This document shows, one piece after another, positions 10,249 through 19,587 of a stretch of 44,945 bases of DNA (positions are counted from its first letter, which is position 1; each line of letters begins with the position of its first letter). The DNA comes from a virus. The stretch lies in UHGV virus genome UHGV-1372148. The stretch is one strand, 5' to 3'. Below the pieces are notes generated by a model. The model ran no database searches. It saw only the letters and a list, made by a program, of their open reading frames with translations, and was not told the DNA's origin. Both the position numbers and the translations under genes were made by a program.

Positions 10249-10973
10249 TTAGTCTGCTTTATTGAATAGCTCGCGCAGCGCGTCTCTGTGCCTCTCGTCG
10301 CCCTCTCTGATAATCTCCTCGTCCTTCGCCTTATCCTTCGCCCCTTGGTAGCTCGGGATGACCGCACCGAGGAGGATAAGGTTAGGGTAGGACAACTCGT
10401 ATAGGACGTAGTCGACCTGGAAGTTATAGGCCTTGGCTATGCCTCCGACGATTGCCCATGGGCTGTCGTTTCTGTCGCCACTCCCCGCGTCGCCTTGGTT
10501 AGATTGACCTCGAGGAGGGAAGTGGTAGCGCCGAAAAAATCACCTATCTGCATATCGCGAAGCAGCTCGGAGATCAGTTGCCATAGGTCGCGCGGTGCGA
10601 GTGTCTCGAGGAGTTCGTCGGCCAGTTCGCGTTTGCGGTCGATCGTCCGCGTCGTGCGGTGGCGACGAAGGCCGAAGAGTGTACGCTCCTCGGTCGTGCG
10701 CTCCTCGGTCAAACCCTTAGCGCCGAGGATGAGGATAGCGAGGATGTCGCCCAGTACGCGGCAGTCCTTAGCGATGCGCAGCGTCTCCTCGACTATCCGC
10801 TCGTCGTCGAGACGCTCCTGCGGTAGTAGCGAGATTGCCTCCGAGGCGAGGATAAGCGTTGCTATCGTTGGCGGTGCGACGTTGTACGTCTTTCCCGCCA
10901 CCTCTATCTGTCGCGGTTGCTGTAGGAGCGTCGCGCCGACGCGCTGCTCTATTGTCTGCTGTTGTTCGCTCAT
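10249..10973 (-). CDS. Tail assembly chaperone -1 frameshift product (gpGT analogue); the frame changes at 10533-10539.
   Basis: After the slip at GAT TTT TTC the -1 frame stays open for about 95 codons (FFRRYHFPPRGQSNQGDAGSGDRNDSPWAIVGGIAKAYNFQVDYV...RELFNKAD) and stops at 10249-10251, 15 bp before the TMP start. The -1 frame has no ATG of its own. Confidence 0.5.
10437..10973 (-). CDS. Tail assembly chaperone (gpG analogue).
   Basis: 178-aa acidic ORF between the major tail protein and the TMP. It contains the slippery heptamer T_TTT_TTC 33 codons before its stop. Confidence 0.6.
   Translation of the reverse strand: MSEQQQTIEQRVGATLLQQPRQIEVAGKTYNVAPPTIATLILASEAISLLPQERLDDERIVEETLRIAKDCRVLGDILAILILGAKGLTEERTTEERTLFGLRRHRTTRTIDRKRELADELLETLAPRDLWQLISELLRDMQIGDFFGATTSLLEVNLTKATRGVATETTAHGQSSEA
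10533..10539 (-). promoter_or_regulatory. Programmed -1 ribosomal frameshift slippery site (mRNA sense TTTTTTC).
   Basis: An X_XXY_YYZ heptamer sits in the zero frame of the chaperone gene, with a long open -1 frame downstream. Confidence 0.5.
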
Positions 10974-11130
10974 CGTGTGTGTCGTTTGTGTTGGACGTTT
11001 GGCGAGGTGGTGGGAGTTGCACCCACTTACCGCTATCTCCCCAGATTAGCGGCGGCCTAAGCGCCTGCACCTCTTAGCCGCTGGCGGCGGCCGTGATCGA
11101 ATTAGTTAGGAAATGATAGCGCCGTCGACG

Positions 11131-11826
11131 TTAGGCGGGGATCTGAGTTACCTCGATGAGGGCGCTCTTCCCGTCGGCCGTGATCGTGACGACCGCCTTA
11201 CGGATCTTGCCCGAGGTATTCGCCTCGACCGTCACCTTGACCGTCTTGCCCGAGGCTACGGCCGTAGCCCATCGCTCGCTCGACGTGGCCGATGGGTTGG
11301 CCGTCGAGGTCACGGTGATGCTCTTACCCGTGTTGTCGGCCGCGCTCGTGAAGAAGAGTTCACTCAGCGAGACCCTGAGGCCGTTGTGCGTGTAAGGCTT
11401 GAGCGTCTTACCCGTTGCGGGCTTGACGGCCTTAACGACGACGTGACGGAGCTTGCCGTCGGTCGACGAGTAGCTCTCCTCGACGCGGATCGTGGCGCGC
11501 TCGATAAGAAGCCCTTCCGTTGCCTCGTCCTCGGGGATGAGGCGGATAGCGAAGTCGCCAGGAACGAGGCCGTCCTCGTCCTCGAAGTCACGAGCGACGC
11601 CCTTCTTGACGAACTGGTCGAACTCGAGAGAGTAGGTGTTCTTACCCGAGCGGACGTCGACGACGTCGCCGCCTTCCTCGTTAGCGGTCACCTCCTGCCC
11701 AGCGGTGGTCGTGAGCTTCGTCGTGTCCTGCTTCGGAGTGTCGAGATCGACCCAGTTGCCATCGGGGACGCCTGCCACCGACGCGCACTTCTGAATACGG
11801 GGCTTACCCCATGAAAGTACTGCCAT
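11131..11826 (-). CDS. Major tail protein with C-terminal Ig-like (Big_2-type) domain.
   Basis: 231 aa in the position expected for the major tail protein, upstream of the chaperones. The Thr/Ser/Val-rich C-terminal segment (ITVTSTANP...KTVKVTVEAN...AVVTITADG) is typical of an Ig-like decoration domain. Confidence 0.65.
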   Translation of the reverse strand: MAVLSWGKPRIQKCASVAGVPDGNWVDLDTPKQDTTKLTTTAGQEVTANEEGGDVVDVRSGKNTYSLEFDQFVKKGVARDFEDEDGLVPGDFAIRLIPEDEATEGLLIERATIRVEESYSSTDGKLRHVVVKAVKPATGKTLKPYTHNGLRVSLSELFFTSAADNTGKSITVTSTANPSATSSERWATAVASGKTVKVTVEANTSGKIRKAVVTITADGKSALIEVTQIPA

Positions 11827-11864
11827 AGTTATGGTTAGTTAATTGGTTGGTAATGGTTGTATCT

Positions 11865-12296
11865 CTAATCTTCGACGCCGTCGTAGTAGCGATAAGCGAG
11901 CTTGACGACGACGAAGTGCTGGTTAATAGAAGGCTCGGCGACGCTGTGTATCGTCTGCAAAAGTCGGAAGCGGTAGCACGACCGCCCAGCCGAGAGCGAG
12001 CGGACGAACGCACGCGCCAGCTCCTCGATCTCCTCGACGCGTTGCATGTCCTCGACCTGCACGCCGTTATCCTCGCCGTAGGGGAGGACGTCGGGGACGT
12101 AGATATTGAGCGTCACGACGCCCTCGTCTATTTGGTCGGGGACGCCACCCGTGAAGATGACGACCGCGTCCTCGGCTCGGCTATCCCGTGGGCGTGTCCC
12201 CGCGTGGTAGACGCCTCCGTCGATAGCCTTAGCGAGTTCGCTCTCGAGGAGTAGATCGCGCACGTCGCGCTGTACCTTCTTACTCGTTAGTTTCAT
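11865..12296 (-). CDS. Tail terminator / tail completion protein.
   Basis: 143 aa counted from the ATG at 12296, immediately upstream of the major tail protein gene. The listed longer ORF begins with an Arg/Ser-rich artefact. Confidence 0.45.
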   Translation of the reverse strand: MKLTSKKVQRDVRDLLLESELAKAIDGGVYHAGTRPRDSRAEDAVVIFTGGVPDQIDEGVVTLNIYVPDVLPYGEDNGVQVEDMQRVEEIEELARAFVRSLSAGRSCYRFRLLQTIHSVAEPSINQHFVVVKLAYRYYDGVED

Positions 12297-12315
12297 CCCT
12301 TTGCGTTGTGCATGA

Positions 12316-12804
12316 TTAGGAGACCTCGAAGCCGAGCGACTGGAGGAGCTGTGGTACGAGTTTGGCCGCCAGAACTTCGGCACTATCGAGTACGTCGTAC
12401 CCGCGTGCGGAGAGGTGGGCAGCGTATTTCATCCCCGCCACGACGACGAGGACGATGCCGTGAGGGAACTCCCGCGCCACGACCTCGGAGGCGAACGCCT
12501 CGCCCTGCCCTGCACCCTCGCCGCCCTCCTTTATCGACGGGAAGCGCCCGCCCTCTACGACCTTGCCGTCGATAGCGACGACGTAGCCTATCGAGGAGCG
12601 GAGGTTGCCCGTGCGGTCGATATAGTTAGGTTGGTGGGGCGATCCTCCCGCTTCGGCAGGAGGCGAGGGGAGGCTTCGTGCGTGTGCGACGCACTGCTCG
12701 CCGATGTACTGGAGGTTGTAGACGATAGCCCTCTGCATACGCTCGAGCTGCTCGCCGACGTACCTCTCCGCGGCGTCTGCCCGTGTCAGTCTCTTAATCG
12801 CCAT
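12316..12804 (-). CDS. HK97 gp10-like head-tail connector (neck) protein.
   Basis: Motif NYIDRTGNLRSS is characteristic of the HK97 gp10 family. Position fits the connector cluster. Confidence 0.55.
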   Translation of the reverse strand: MAIKRLTRADAAERYVGEQLERMQRAIVYNLQYIGEQCVAHARSLPSPPAEAGGSPHQPNYIDRTGNLRSSIGYVVAIDGKVVEGGRFPSIKEGGEGAGQGEAFASEVVAREFPHGIVLVVVAGMKYAAHLSARGYDVLDSAEVLAAKLVPQLLQSLGFEVS

Positions 12805-12810
12805 AGCCCG

Positions 12811-13140
12811 TTAGATGAGGATACGGATCTGTCCGACGGCCGTAAGCGGCTCGATCTCGATAACGGAAGCCTCACACACGACGCCTCCGAATACGTCCTC
12901 GAGACGCACCGCCCCTGCTGTGAAGGGTTGCTCCTCGATTAGTATCTCGTAGCGAGCGAGGCGCACGGCCTCTCCCTGCGCGCGCGTCAGATTGCTATAA
13001 TCTCGCGCGCGGAATTGGCAGCGGATAGGGCTGTGCCAGCACTCCCCCTCGGCGCGGCGTGGGTAGCCCGTCTTAGGATCGAGCGGGGGCGTTGCCTCGG
13101 TGGCCGCCCGCGTGTATAGTACTCCGTTGTCGATGATCAT
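12811..13140 (-). CDS. Head closure / head-tail adaptor protein.
   Basis: 109-aa ORF overlapping its neighbours by 4 bp within the connector cluster. Confidence 0.4.
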   Translation of the reverse strand: MIIDNGVLYTRAATEATPPLDPKTGYPRRAEGECWHSPIRCQFRARDYSNLTRAQGEAVRLARYEILIEEQPFTAGAVRLEDVFGGVVCEASVIEIEPLTAVGQIRILI

Positions 13141-13472
13141 AGGTTAGTCCCTTTGTATCCGTAGGTGGCCTTTGCCGCTCCCGTGCCGTCCTCCTCGCCG
13201 AGGTCACGATACAGCGCCGAGGCCTGATTGCGCAGCGCCTTGCGTTGCTCGTCTGTGAAGCTGTACGACTGCCCACCCTGCGAGACGTTCGGCGCTTGTG
13301 AGATCCATACGAGGAGGTCTGCGCACGTAAGGCGATACGCCCTACCGCGCAGTGCCTCTCGCGTGGCGTCGTCGTCGAGCAAAAGCCCGCGCGCCGTCGC
13401 TATCCCTACGAGCGTGCGCTCGGGGATAGGGTAGGCGTTGAAGCCTCTCAGCGCTTCGGCGATTGTTACCAT
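13137..13472 (-). CDS. gp6-like head-tail connector protein.
   Basis: 111 aa, directly downstream of the major capsid gene. Confidence 0.4.
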   Translation of the reverse strand: MVTIAEALRGFNAYPIPERTLVGIATARGLLLDDDATREALRGRAYRLTCADLLVWISQAPNVSQGGQSYSFTDEQRKALRNQASALYRDLGEEDGTGAAKATYGYKGTNL

Positions 13473-13487
13473 ACGACGTCGGTTATG

Positions 13488-14573
13488 CTACCAGTTCTGC
13501 GCGTCGGTGCGGACGTAGATATTGCGGTACGCCGTGTCGAGGACGGGGATAGCGTCGGCCTGCCCGAGCGTTACCTCGGTCAGTGGCTCGATCGTGCCGT
13601 ACTTCTTTACCACGGTGTGGCCACGCTCTACGCGGATGACGCCATCGGTCACGTTCTCCTGCAGGAGGTCGTACTGCGTAGAGCCGAGTACCTCCTTCTC
13701 GGAGAGGATGATACGAGCGTCGGCGAAGGGGTTACCCGCGATGCTACTGCCGTCGGCGAACTCGCGCGTGATCGTTTGGTCGATTACGCGGATCTGCAGG
13801 CCGTTGAGCCAAGCCTGCTTCCCGAGCATCTTGTTCACCTCATCGATGTCTGGAGACTGCGCCACACCTACGGCGTTGAAGATGTAGTTCGAGCAAGCCT
13901 TGATGATCTGCTCGGAGGAGCTGATCTTGTAGAACTCGTCCATGTTCATAAAGATGAACTTCGGGTTGAGCCCCTTGTCCTTAGCCAGCTTTACGAACTT
14001 GCGCAGGTCGCCGATGATGTCAGCGGAGGAGGCGTTGCCCCAGTCGCTCGAGGTCTTCTGCTTCTGGAAGTCGTAGACGTCGTAGTCGAGGTCGTACTGG
14101 TTGGCGAACGTCGCGTTGTTCGTCGTCGTGAAGGAGAGCTTACCAGCGTTGGACGCCAGCGCCCACGCGATGTACTCAAGCTCCGACTGCACGCCGTTGA
14201 AGCAGAAGTCTACGTCTTCGCCCCAGTACTGAACGAGCTTCGTCGCGTCGGCGTCCTGCGCCATTGCCAGCGCTACCTGATAGTCCTTGATCTCGGAGCG
14301 GCCGAGTTCTCGGCTGATCGAGATAAAGGGGATGTCACCACGTGCACTCTCGAACGTAGGGCGGAGCTTACGGAGTGAGGTTGAGCCGTCGGCGTGGATG
14401 TCGGCGGCGACGTTGAGCTTAGCTGCCTGATTGGCGAGCGTCTTCCACGAGAAGCCGTTTACCTTCTTGATCGGGAAGTGCGTACCAAAGAGGAAGGGCT
14501 TAGCGTCGATGCCGTTCACGCGTGCCTGGACGATCTGCGCGTCGAGGCCTTCGATCATAGTTCCTTGTACCAT
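13488..14573 (-). CDS. Major capsid protein (HK97 fold).
   Basis: 361 aa. Position and sequence character fit (…DYDVYDF…, IRVIDQTITREF, GNPFADARIILSE…). Confidence 0.8.
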   Translation of the reverse strand: MVQGTMIEGLDAQIVQARVNGIDAKPFLFGTHFPIKKVNGFSWKTLANQAAKLNVAADIHADGSTSLRKLRPTFESARGDIPFISISRELGRSEIKDYQVALAMAQDADATKLVQYWGEDVDFCFNGVQSELEYIAWALASNAGKLSFTTTNNATFANQYDLDYDVYDFQKQKTSSDWGNASSADIIGDLRKFVKLAKDKGLNPKFIFMNMDEFYKISSSEQIIKACSNYIFNAVGVAQSPDIDEVNKMLGKQAWLNGLQIRVIDQTITREFADGSSIAGNPFADARIILSEKEVLGSTQYDLLQENVTDGVIRVERGHTVVKKYGTIEPLTEVTLGQADAIPVLDTAYRNIYVRTDAQNW

Positions 14574-14592
14574 ATCTTGATCTGTTTATTTG

Positions 14593-15159
14593 TTAGTAGT
14601 TCACGACGCCCGTAAGGCTCTTGCGGATGCACGAGGGGAGGGCGTGGCCAGTGGTGACGGCGATCACCCACGCGTCCACGATAAGGTTGCTCTTAGGCTC
14701 GATGCCGACCTTCTGCCCCGAGATAGCGACGGGCTGATACTTCAGCGCCGAGGCGTTCGTGCTCTCCTCCTTCGCTTCGACGAGGATAGCGCCCGTCTTC
14801 AGCTCGCCGAGGGCGGCCTTGATAGTGATAGTGTCGTAGTCTTTAGCCGTGTCGTCGATCTTAGAGATCTTCGTTGCGACCTTGGCCTCGTCGACCATCA
14901 CGACGTCGTCTACGCGGAAGTTGTGACCCTTCGCGATCTTGACGGACTTTTCCGTCGCGCCGACGTCACCCGCAACGCGGGCGATCTTGACGGCGTGGCA
15001 GACGCCATTCACGGGGGCACTGAGGGGCGTACCCTCGAGGAGGACGTCACCGCCCAGCTCCTTCGTGTCTACCGACACACCGCCGCGAATGTCCGCTACC
15101 TTATGCACGACGACGCGAGGGAAGTTGTCGTCGCGGCGTCTCTTTACGGTCATTGCCAT
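14593..15159 (-). CDS. Head decoration-like protein (occupies the SPP1 gp12 position).
   Basis: 188 aa between the scaffold and the MCP. Confidence 0.35.
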   Translation of the reverse strand: MAMTVKRRRDDNFPRVVVHKVADIRGGVSVDTKELGGDVLLEGTPLSAPVNGVCHAVKIARVAGDVGATEKSVKIAKGHNFRVDDVVMVDEAKVATKISKIDDTAKDYDTITIKAALGELKTGAILVEAKEESTNASALKYQPVAISGQKVGIEPKSNLIVDAWVIAVTTGHALPSCIRKSLTGVVNY

Positions 15160-15206
15160 AGTTAGTTTCGTTTTGGTTAATGGTTGGAAATTCTAATACT
15201 GCACAC

Positions 15207-15902
15207 TTAGAAGGGCTGCTCCCCGTCTGCGGGCTTCCCGCCTCGGTGGTTGATCGCTTCGATCTGCTCCTTCGTCAGCTCCTTCTGTGCGGCTGCCCCG
15301 CCGTGGTGAGCGCTGGGCGTCGAGAAGACTGCACCCTTGGCGGCGAACGCCTGCCCGATCTCCCCGACCTCTGCCGTTACGTCAGCCGAGAGCTTCGTGA
15401 ACTCGTCGTCGGAGAGCGTGTCGAGCGGGATGCGCTCGTAGCCCTTTCGCAGTGGCTCGGGGAGGTGGCCGTAGATCGCCTCGAGTGCTTGTCGTCGCCC
15501 CGTCGTCGTCCGTTCTGCGTCGCGTCTGTTCAGCTCGTTTTGGAGCGCCGCCACGCGCTCGGTGAGCGAGACTGCCCATGCGGGTACGCCTTCGTCCGCT
15601 TGTCCCTTGGGTGCGTTGTCGTTGCCGTTGCCCGTAGGCGCTGGCGGGGTGGTCGGCTTGCCCTCACGAAGCCCGTATTTTGCTTCGTAGTTCGTCACCG
15701 CGGTCGTCGATGCCTCGGTGGCGCGGCTGTCGCCGTAGCTCTCGATAACCTCGATGAGCTCGGGTGTAACTCCCTCGACTGCGGTCGTTACCTGCTCGGG
15801 CGTCGTGGCAGTCTTCGCCAGCTTGTCGGCTATCCTGCCCAAGATCACGGCACTACGTCCTGGGAACTTGGAGCGGAGTGCCTCGAGAATTTGCTCTTTC
15901 AT
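15207..15902 (-). CDS. Scaffolding protein.
   Basis: 231 aa, helical and charged, with a Pro/Thr-rich linker. It is the first gene of the late structural operon. Confidence 0.5.
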   Translation of the reverse strand: MKEQILEALRSKFPGRSAVILGRIADKLAKTATTPEQVTTAVEGVTPELIEVIESYGDSRATEASTTAVTNYEAKYGLREGKPTTPPAPTGNGNDNAPKGQADEGVPAWAVSLTERVAALQNELNRRDAERTTTGRRQALEAIYGHLPEPLRKGYERIPLDTLSDDEFTKLSADVTAEVGEIGQAFAAKGAVFSTPSAHHGGAAAQKELTKEQIEAINHRGGKPADGEQPF

Positions 15903-16065
15903 ACGTTGGATGATTAAAAAATTAAACCAAATGGTTTACTTCCACAAATGTACTCTTTTCGGGAATGCCTACGCCACTAAGTCGTTTGTATTGTGCGAAA
16001 TGCGTGTTTGTCTATGCGTATTAGGCGATCACCTATGCGCGCTATTTGAGTAAATAGTTCGCAGT

Positions 16066-16126
16066 AGTATTTGTATAATCAAAATATAGTACTACCTTTG
16101 CAGTAAAGATTTAACCAATCGGTTAA
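16066..16126 (+). promoter_or_regulatory. Bacteroidetes-type promoter for the plus-strand island, with an overlapping palindromic operator TTAACCAATCGGTTAA.
   Basis: TTTG at 16070-16073 and TAccTTTG at 16093-16100, 19 nt apart. The palindrome at 16111-16126 falls at about the +1 to +25 region. Confidence 0.45.
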
Positions 16127-16170
16127 ATCAAGATCGAACGGAATAGTAACTCAAAAAGCAACGACACGAA

Positions 16171-16455
16171 ATGGAACACATCGACGCCATTACCGCCGTA
16201 CTTCGCGCCATCGACGCTGGTCAGCGTCCTATCCTCCTCGAGAGCTGGACGGGCGTAAAGTACTATCTCTCCCCACTGACGCACGCCTTCATCATCGCCA
16301 AGCTCGTACACCTCGAGCAGGTCGAGTGCGCGCAACCTATCCCCGAGTGGGCGGGGACGTTCCCCGAGGACGGCGGGTATTACCACATCACGCTAAGCGG
16401 CCACGAGGGGCTTGTGCAGATCGCTATGCCCGCACCAATCACTAAGACGAAGTAA
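16171..16455 (+). CDS. Hypothetical protein (island gene 1).
   Basis: 94-aa ORF, the first gene after the promoter. Confidence 0.5.
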   Translation: MEHIDAITAVLRAIDAGQRPILLESWTGVKYYLSPLTHAFIIAKLVHLEQVECAQPIPEWAGTFPEDGGYYHITLSGHEGLVQIAMPAPITKTK

Positions 16456-16460
16456 CGGAT

Positions 16461-16922
16461 ATGAGACTACGAGACATTGACCCCGATATTATCGAGGGAG
16501 GCTGCGCGCTGGGCTTCGTCTACGACCTCCTCGAGCAGGTCGAAGGCATCGAGGATCTGTATAGCCGCGTCCGCACCGACGCGACCTATCGGACGTACTC
16601 GGCGGAGATACGCCAGTACCTACGTCAGTACCTCATCGCCACTATCCTACGCCCCTGCGCACACTCGAAGCTCAAACGCGGGCATCGCATCATAGCACAG
16701 CGCCTCGAGCGACGCGACCGCGTGGCCTTCGCCGCCTCTCTACGCGTCGACGCCGAGCAGGTCGTCTACGCCTCCGACTACGAGGAAGGCTCGACGGACG
16801 TCTATCTCGTCACGCAGTACAGCGACCGCGTCTGCCGTGGTATCCCCCTCCCCGAGGGCGCTGTACTGCAAAGCGTCGCCGCCCTTAACAACGTCACCTA
16901 CTACGCGCACAAAATCAAATAG
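16461..16922 (+). CDS. Hypothetical protein (island gene 2).
   Basis: 153-aa ORF with tight spacing to its neighbours. Confidence 0.5.
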   Translation: MRLRDIDPDIIEGGCALGFVYDLLEQVEGIEDLYSRVRTDATYRTYSAEIRQYLRQYLIATILRPCAHSKLKRGHRIIAQRLERRDRVAFAASLRVDAEQVVYASDYEEGSTDVYLVTQYSDRVCRGIPLPEGAVLQSVAALNNVTYYAHKIK

Positions 16923-16924
16923 CA

Positions 16925-17179
16925 ATGAAACTCTTACTCCTTGCGTCCCTCCTCTCTATCGTCTGCTCTTCCTGCAATAGCTCTCCGTACAGAAACGGGC
17001 GTGTCATCGGGAAGCACCTGCGAATGGAGGGACAAGACATCGCCTACGTGGTGGTGTTTTACAACGACTGGGTATTCCCAGGTGAGTATTACTCGGCAGT
17101 AGTCTCAAAGGAGGCTTACAACAGTACCCAAAAAGGCGACTATGTTGAGTTTGACGTGGAAGTCGGGAAGAAGAAATAA
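16925..17179 (+). CDS. Small secreted lipoprotein.
   Basis: Signal peptide MKLLLLASLLSIVCSSC with a lipobox-like Cys. Confidence 0.55.
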   Translation: MKLLLLASLLSIVCSSCNSSPYRNGRVIGKHLRMEGQDIAYVVVFYNDWVFPGEYYSAVVSKEAYNSTQKGDYVEFDVEVGKKK

Positions 17180-17196
17180 ATCAAATAGCAACGACT

Positions 17197-17805
17197 ATGA
17201 TATACGTACTTTACGGCGTAGACATGCTCAACCACTACGCTAAGAAATGCCACGCGTGGGCAGTAGCTAAAGGCTTTTATGATGAGCCTCACCCCGTCGG
17301 GCATCATCTGATGTTGGCTTTCGGAGAGCTTCACGAGGGTATCGAAGCCGACCGCATCGGGAAGTGGGCGAAGCTCGATCCAAACACGATAGACACGCTC
17401 CATCGTATAGAGGGTGCTATCTACATTCAAGAGTTCCTCCGCCTTGTCAAGGACACCGTGGAGGACGAGATCGCCGACGCAGTGATACGCCTGCTTGACC
17501 TGCTGGGGTGGTTACTCAAAACAAAGCGAACGACCGAGATCCTCAACGAGAACGACCTAAGTAAGGTATACGGCATCCTTGATACACCACGCCCTGGAGA
17601 GGAGTTAACTCTCCTCCTGCTACGCATAGTTGCGGACACATCAGGGTATTGGCGTTTGGGACTGCTCCGAGAAAAGGGCATCCTCTACGCCATTAAGTCC
17701 CTCGAACAGCTCTGCGACCACCTCGGCATCGATCTGATGGCGCACATCGACCTCAAGCTGAAATACAATGCCACACGCCCTGCGCTGCACGGCAAGAAAT
17801 ACTAA
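17197..17805 (+). CDS. MazG-like nucleoside triphosphate pyrophosphohydrolase.
   Basis: The acidic-residue pattern GELHEGIEADR ... VEDEIADAVIRLLDL matches the all-alpha NTP-PPase (MazG) EExxE / ExxD metal-binding motifs. Confidence 0.5.
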   Translation: MIYVLYGVDMLNHYAKKCHAWAVAKGFYDEPHPVGHHLMLAFGELHEGIEADRIGKWAKLDPNTIDTLHRIEGAIYIQEFLRLVKDTVEDEIADAVIRLLDLLGWLLKTKRTTEILNENDLSKVYGILDTPRPGEELTLLLLRIVADTSGYWRLGLLREKGILYAIKSLEQLCDHLGIDLMAHIDLKLKYNATRPALHGKKY

Positions 17806-17811
17806 GGAACT

Positions 17812-18282
17812 ATGACAACGGACAACATAATCGACCTGCTCATCATCGCCTGCGGTGGGCTATTTGTGTGGGCACTCGCAGCGACGCTCACGCTGTGGTA
17901 TGAGCGCAAGGAGCGAGAGCCAAAGGCAGCCACCGCAGAAGCGGAGAGCGTCACGCCAACCGAGATACCCGAGAATGACAAGGACTGGCACGTGCGCCAT
18001 GACTATGTAGAGTGGATGCGAACAGAGATAGTCAAGAACTTGGATGGTAGTCCCTTCTGCTGCGTGCGCATCGAGGATAGTGGCAAGGGTGATGCTCTAA
18101 ACCACGGAGAGGCGCACGCACTACTCCTGCCCTTCCTGCAGAAAGGCTACTACGCCTACCGAGAGCTAACAGGCTGGACGGGGAACAAGGTCACCCGCTT
18201 CCGAGTGGCAAAGCATCGAGACGCTGAGCCTACCGCTCTCGAGATCACCGAAGAGTTACTAACCAAGAATGTACAGCTATGA
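17812..18282 (+). CDS. Membrane-anchored hypothetical protein.
   Basis: N-terminal TM helix (IIDLLIIACGGLFVWALAATLTLWY). Confidence 0.5.
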   Translation: MTTDNIIDLLIIACGGLFVWALAATLTLWYERKEREPKAATAEAESVTPTEIPENDKDWHVRHDYVEWMRTEIVKNLDGSPFCCVRIEDSGKGDALNHGEAHALLLPFLQKGYYAYRELTGWTGNKVTRFRVAKHRDAEPTALEITEELLTKNVQL

Positions 18283-18911
18283 CTATGTCGATCGGAGCAT
18301 TCACCACCACCATCTTAGTGATCTGCGTTATCTCAATCGCGTTGGGCGCGTTCTTCTATTTCCGCTGTGTGTCTTTAGAGTGTGAGGTGGACGTAGTCCA
18401 AGAGTCAAAGGACGCCCTGCGGGAGAGCATGAGCAAAACGAACTACTACCTCCACCAGCAACTCGAGCGTGTGAAGGGAGAGAATGAAGCCCTCCGCACC
18501 CAGCTCCACCAGCTGAGGAAGGAGCAACAGAAGCAAGGCAACCAAATACACAAGGCTATGACCAAAGAACAAAAAGAGAGGCTGAGAGCGTGGTCACTCA
18601 ACCTGCTTGTCACCTATCGTATCGACTTCTTCAGAGGAGAAGTGCTATCGAGAGTGGTGAACTTCTTGAGCATGGGAGACCCCGACCGAATGAAGAAAGC
18701 GATAGAGGACTGTCGTAAAATCTTCGACATCGGCTTTGAGCCCGATCAGAAGGACTACACCGAGCTACTCAGAGAGCTACGGCAGATAGCAAAGGAAGTG
18801 CCTCTAAGCGACACCGCACAGAGCGCCATTACCTACGTCTTCGGGGGTGAGTGGGAGGAAGCGATAGAAGCCCTCGACAAGCTCAAGGGCGAACGCAACG
18901 AACAGAACTAA
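18279..18911 (+). CDS. Membrane-anchored coiled-coil protein.
   Basis: N-terminal TM helix followed by a long heptad-like region (LHQQLERVKGENEALRTQLHQLRKEQQKQ). The start overlaps the upstream stop. Confidence 0.5.
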   Translation: MTMSIGAFTTTILVICVISIALGAFFYFRCVSLECEVDVVQESKDALRESMSKTNYYLHQQLERVKGENEALRTQLHQLRKEQQKQGNQIHKAMTKEQKERLRAWSLNLLVTYRIDFFRGEVLSRVVNFLSMGDPDRMKKAIEDCRKIFDIGFEPDQKDYTELLRELRQIAKEVPLSDTAQSAITYVFGGEWEEAIEALDKLKGERNEQN

Positions 18912-18997
18912 CCACGAGTGCGCCCTGCTTGGGTCAAGCCCACTTTCACACACCTCCTTTCGTGGGAGCGGGGCGCACTCTAACCAAGCAACGAGCT

Positions 18998-19300
18998 ATG
19001 ACGCAGAAAACGACACCCACGCTAACATGGGATGAGAACGGAAAAGGACTACTAATAGGAACGGCCTTCCTCGACGACGGCAGTGTTGTGCAATACAGCT
19101 GTCGTAATAAGGGTGACGATGATAATCCGAAATGGGTACACTTTCGGATAGTATCCCGCTCAAGGAGTGAGGGTGACTTTGGTGGCGAGATTGAAATGGA
19201 CATAAAATTCAAGCTCGATGGTGGCGAGGATGCGCAAACGCGAATGCGCTCTATCCACCTATGCATGAAAGACCTTAGAGAATTAGTAAAGACGCTATGA
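18998..19300 (+). CDS. Hypothetical small protein.
   Basis: About 100 aa counted from the internal ATG. Preceded by an 86-bp structured spacer. Confidence 0.4.
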   Translation: MTQKTTPTLTWDENGKGLLIGTAFLDDGSVVQYSCRNKGDDDNPKWVHFRIVSRSRSEGDFGGEIEMDIKFKLDGGEDAQTRMRSIHLCMKDLRELVKTL

Positions 19301-19587
19301 CACGCTCTAATCAAGATATGGAAATGAAGTTCAACGGAGATATGCTTACGATAAAAGATAGCACAGGGCGACTATCGATACCTGTGGAGAAGGACGGAGA
19401 TTTCTACTTCTTCCCGAAGAAGAGTTACAACGGCTTGTGTATAGCAGTAGACGAGTCCTCCATATACTACTGCAAGGATGCGTCAGTAACCTCGACAACT
19501 GAGCTAACGGCTAACAACTTACTTCACGCAAAGAGGTCGCTTGTGACAAGAGTATTGCTAAACATAGTAGACAACTTAATCAAATGA
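19297..19587 (+). CDS. Hypothetical small protein.
   Basis: 96 aa with ATGA start/stop overlap. GC is lower than the genome average. Confidence 0.45.
   Translation: MTRSNQDMEMKFNGDMLTIKDSTGRLSIPVEKDGDFYFFPKKSYNGLCIAVDESSIYYCKDASVTSTTELTANNLLHAKRSLVTRVLLNIVDNLIK

Noticed and set aside
10014-10367. 117-aa Arg-rich ORF spanning the chaperone/TMP junction.
   Set aside because: It is out of frame with both neighbours and has junk composition. The region is better explained by the -1 frameshift extension ending at 10249.
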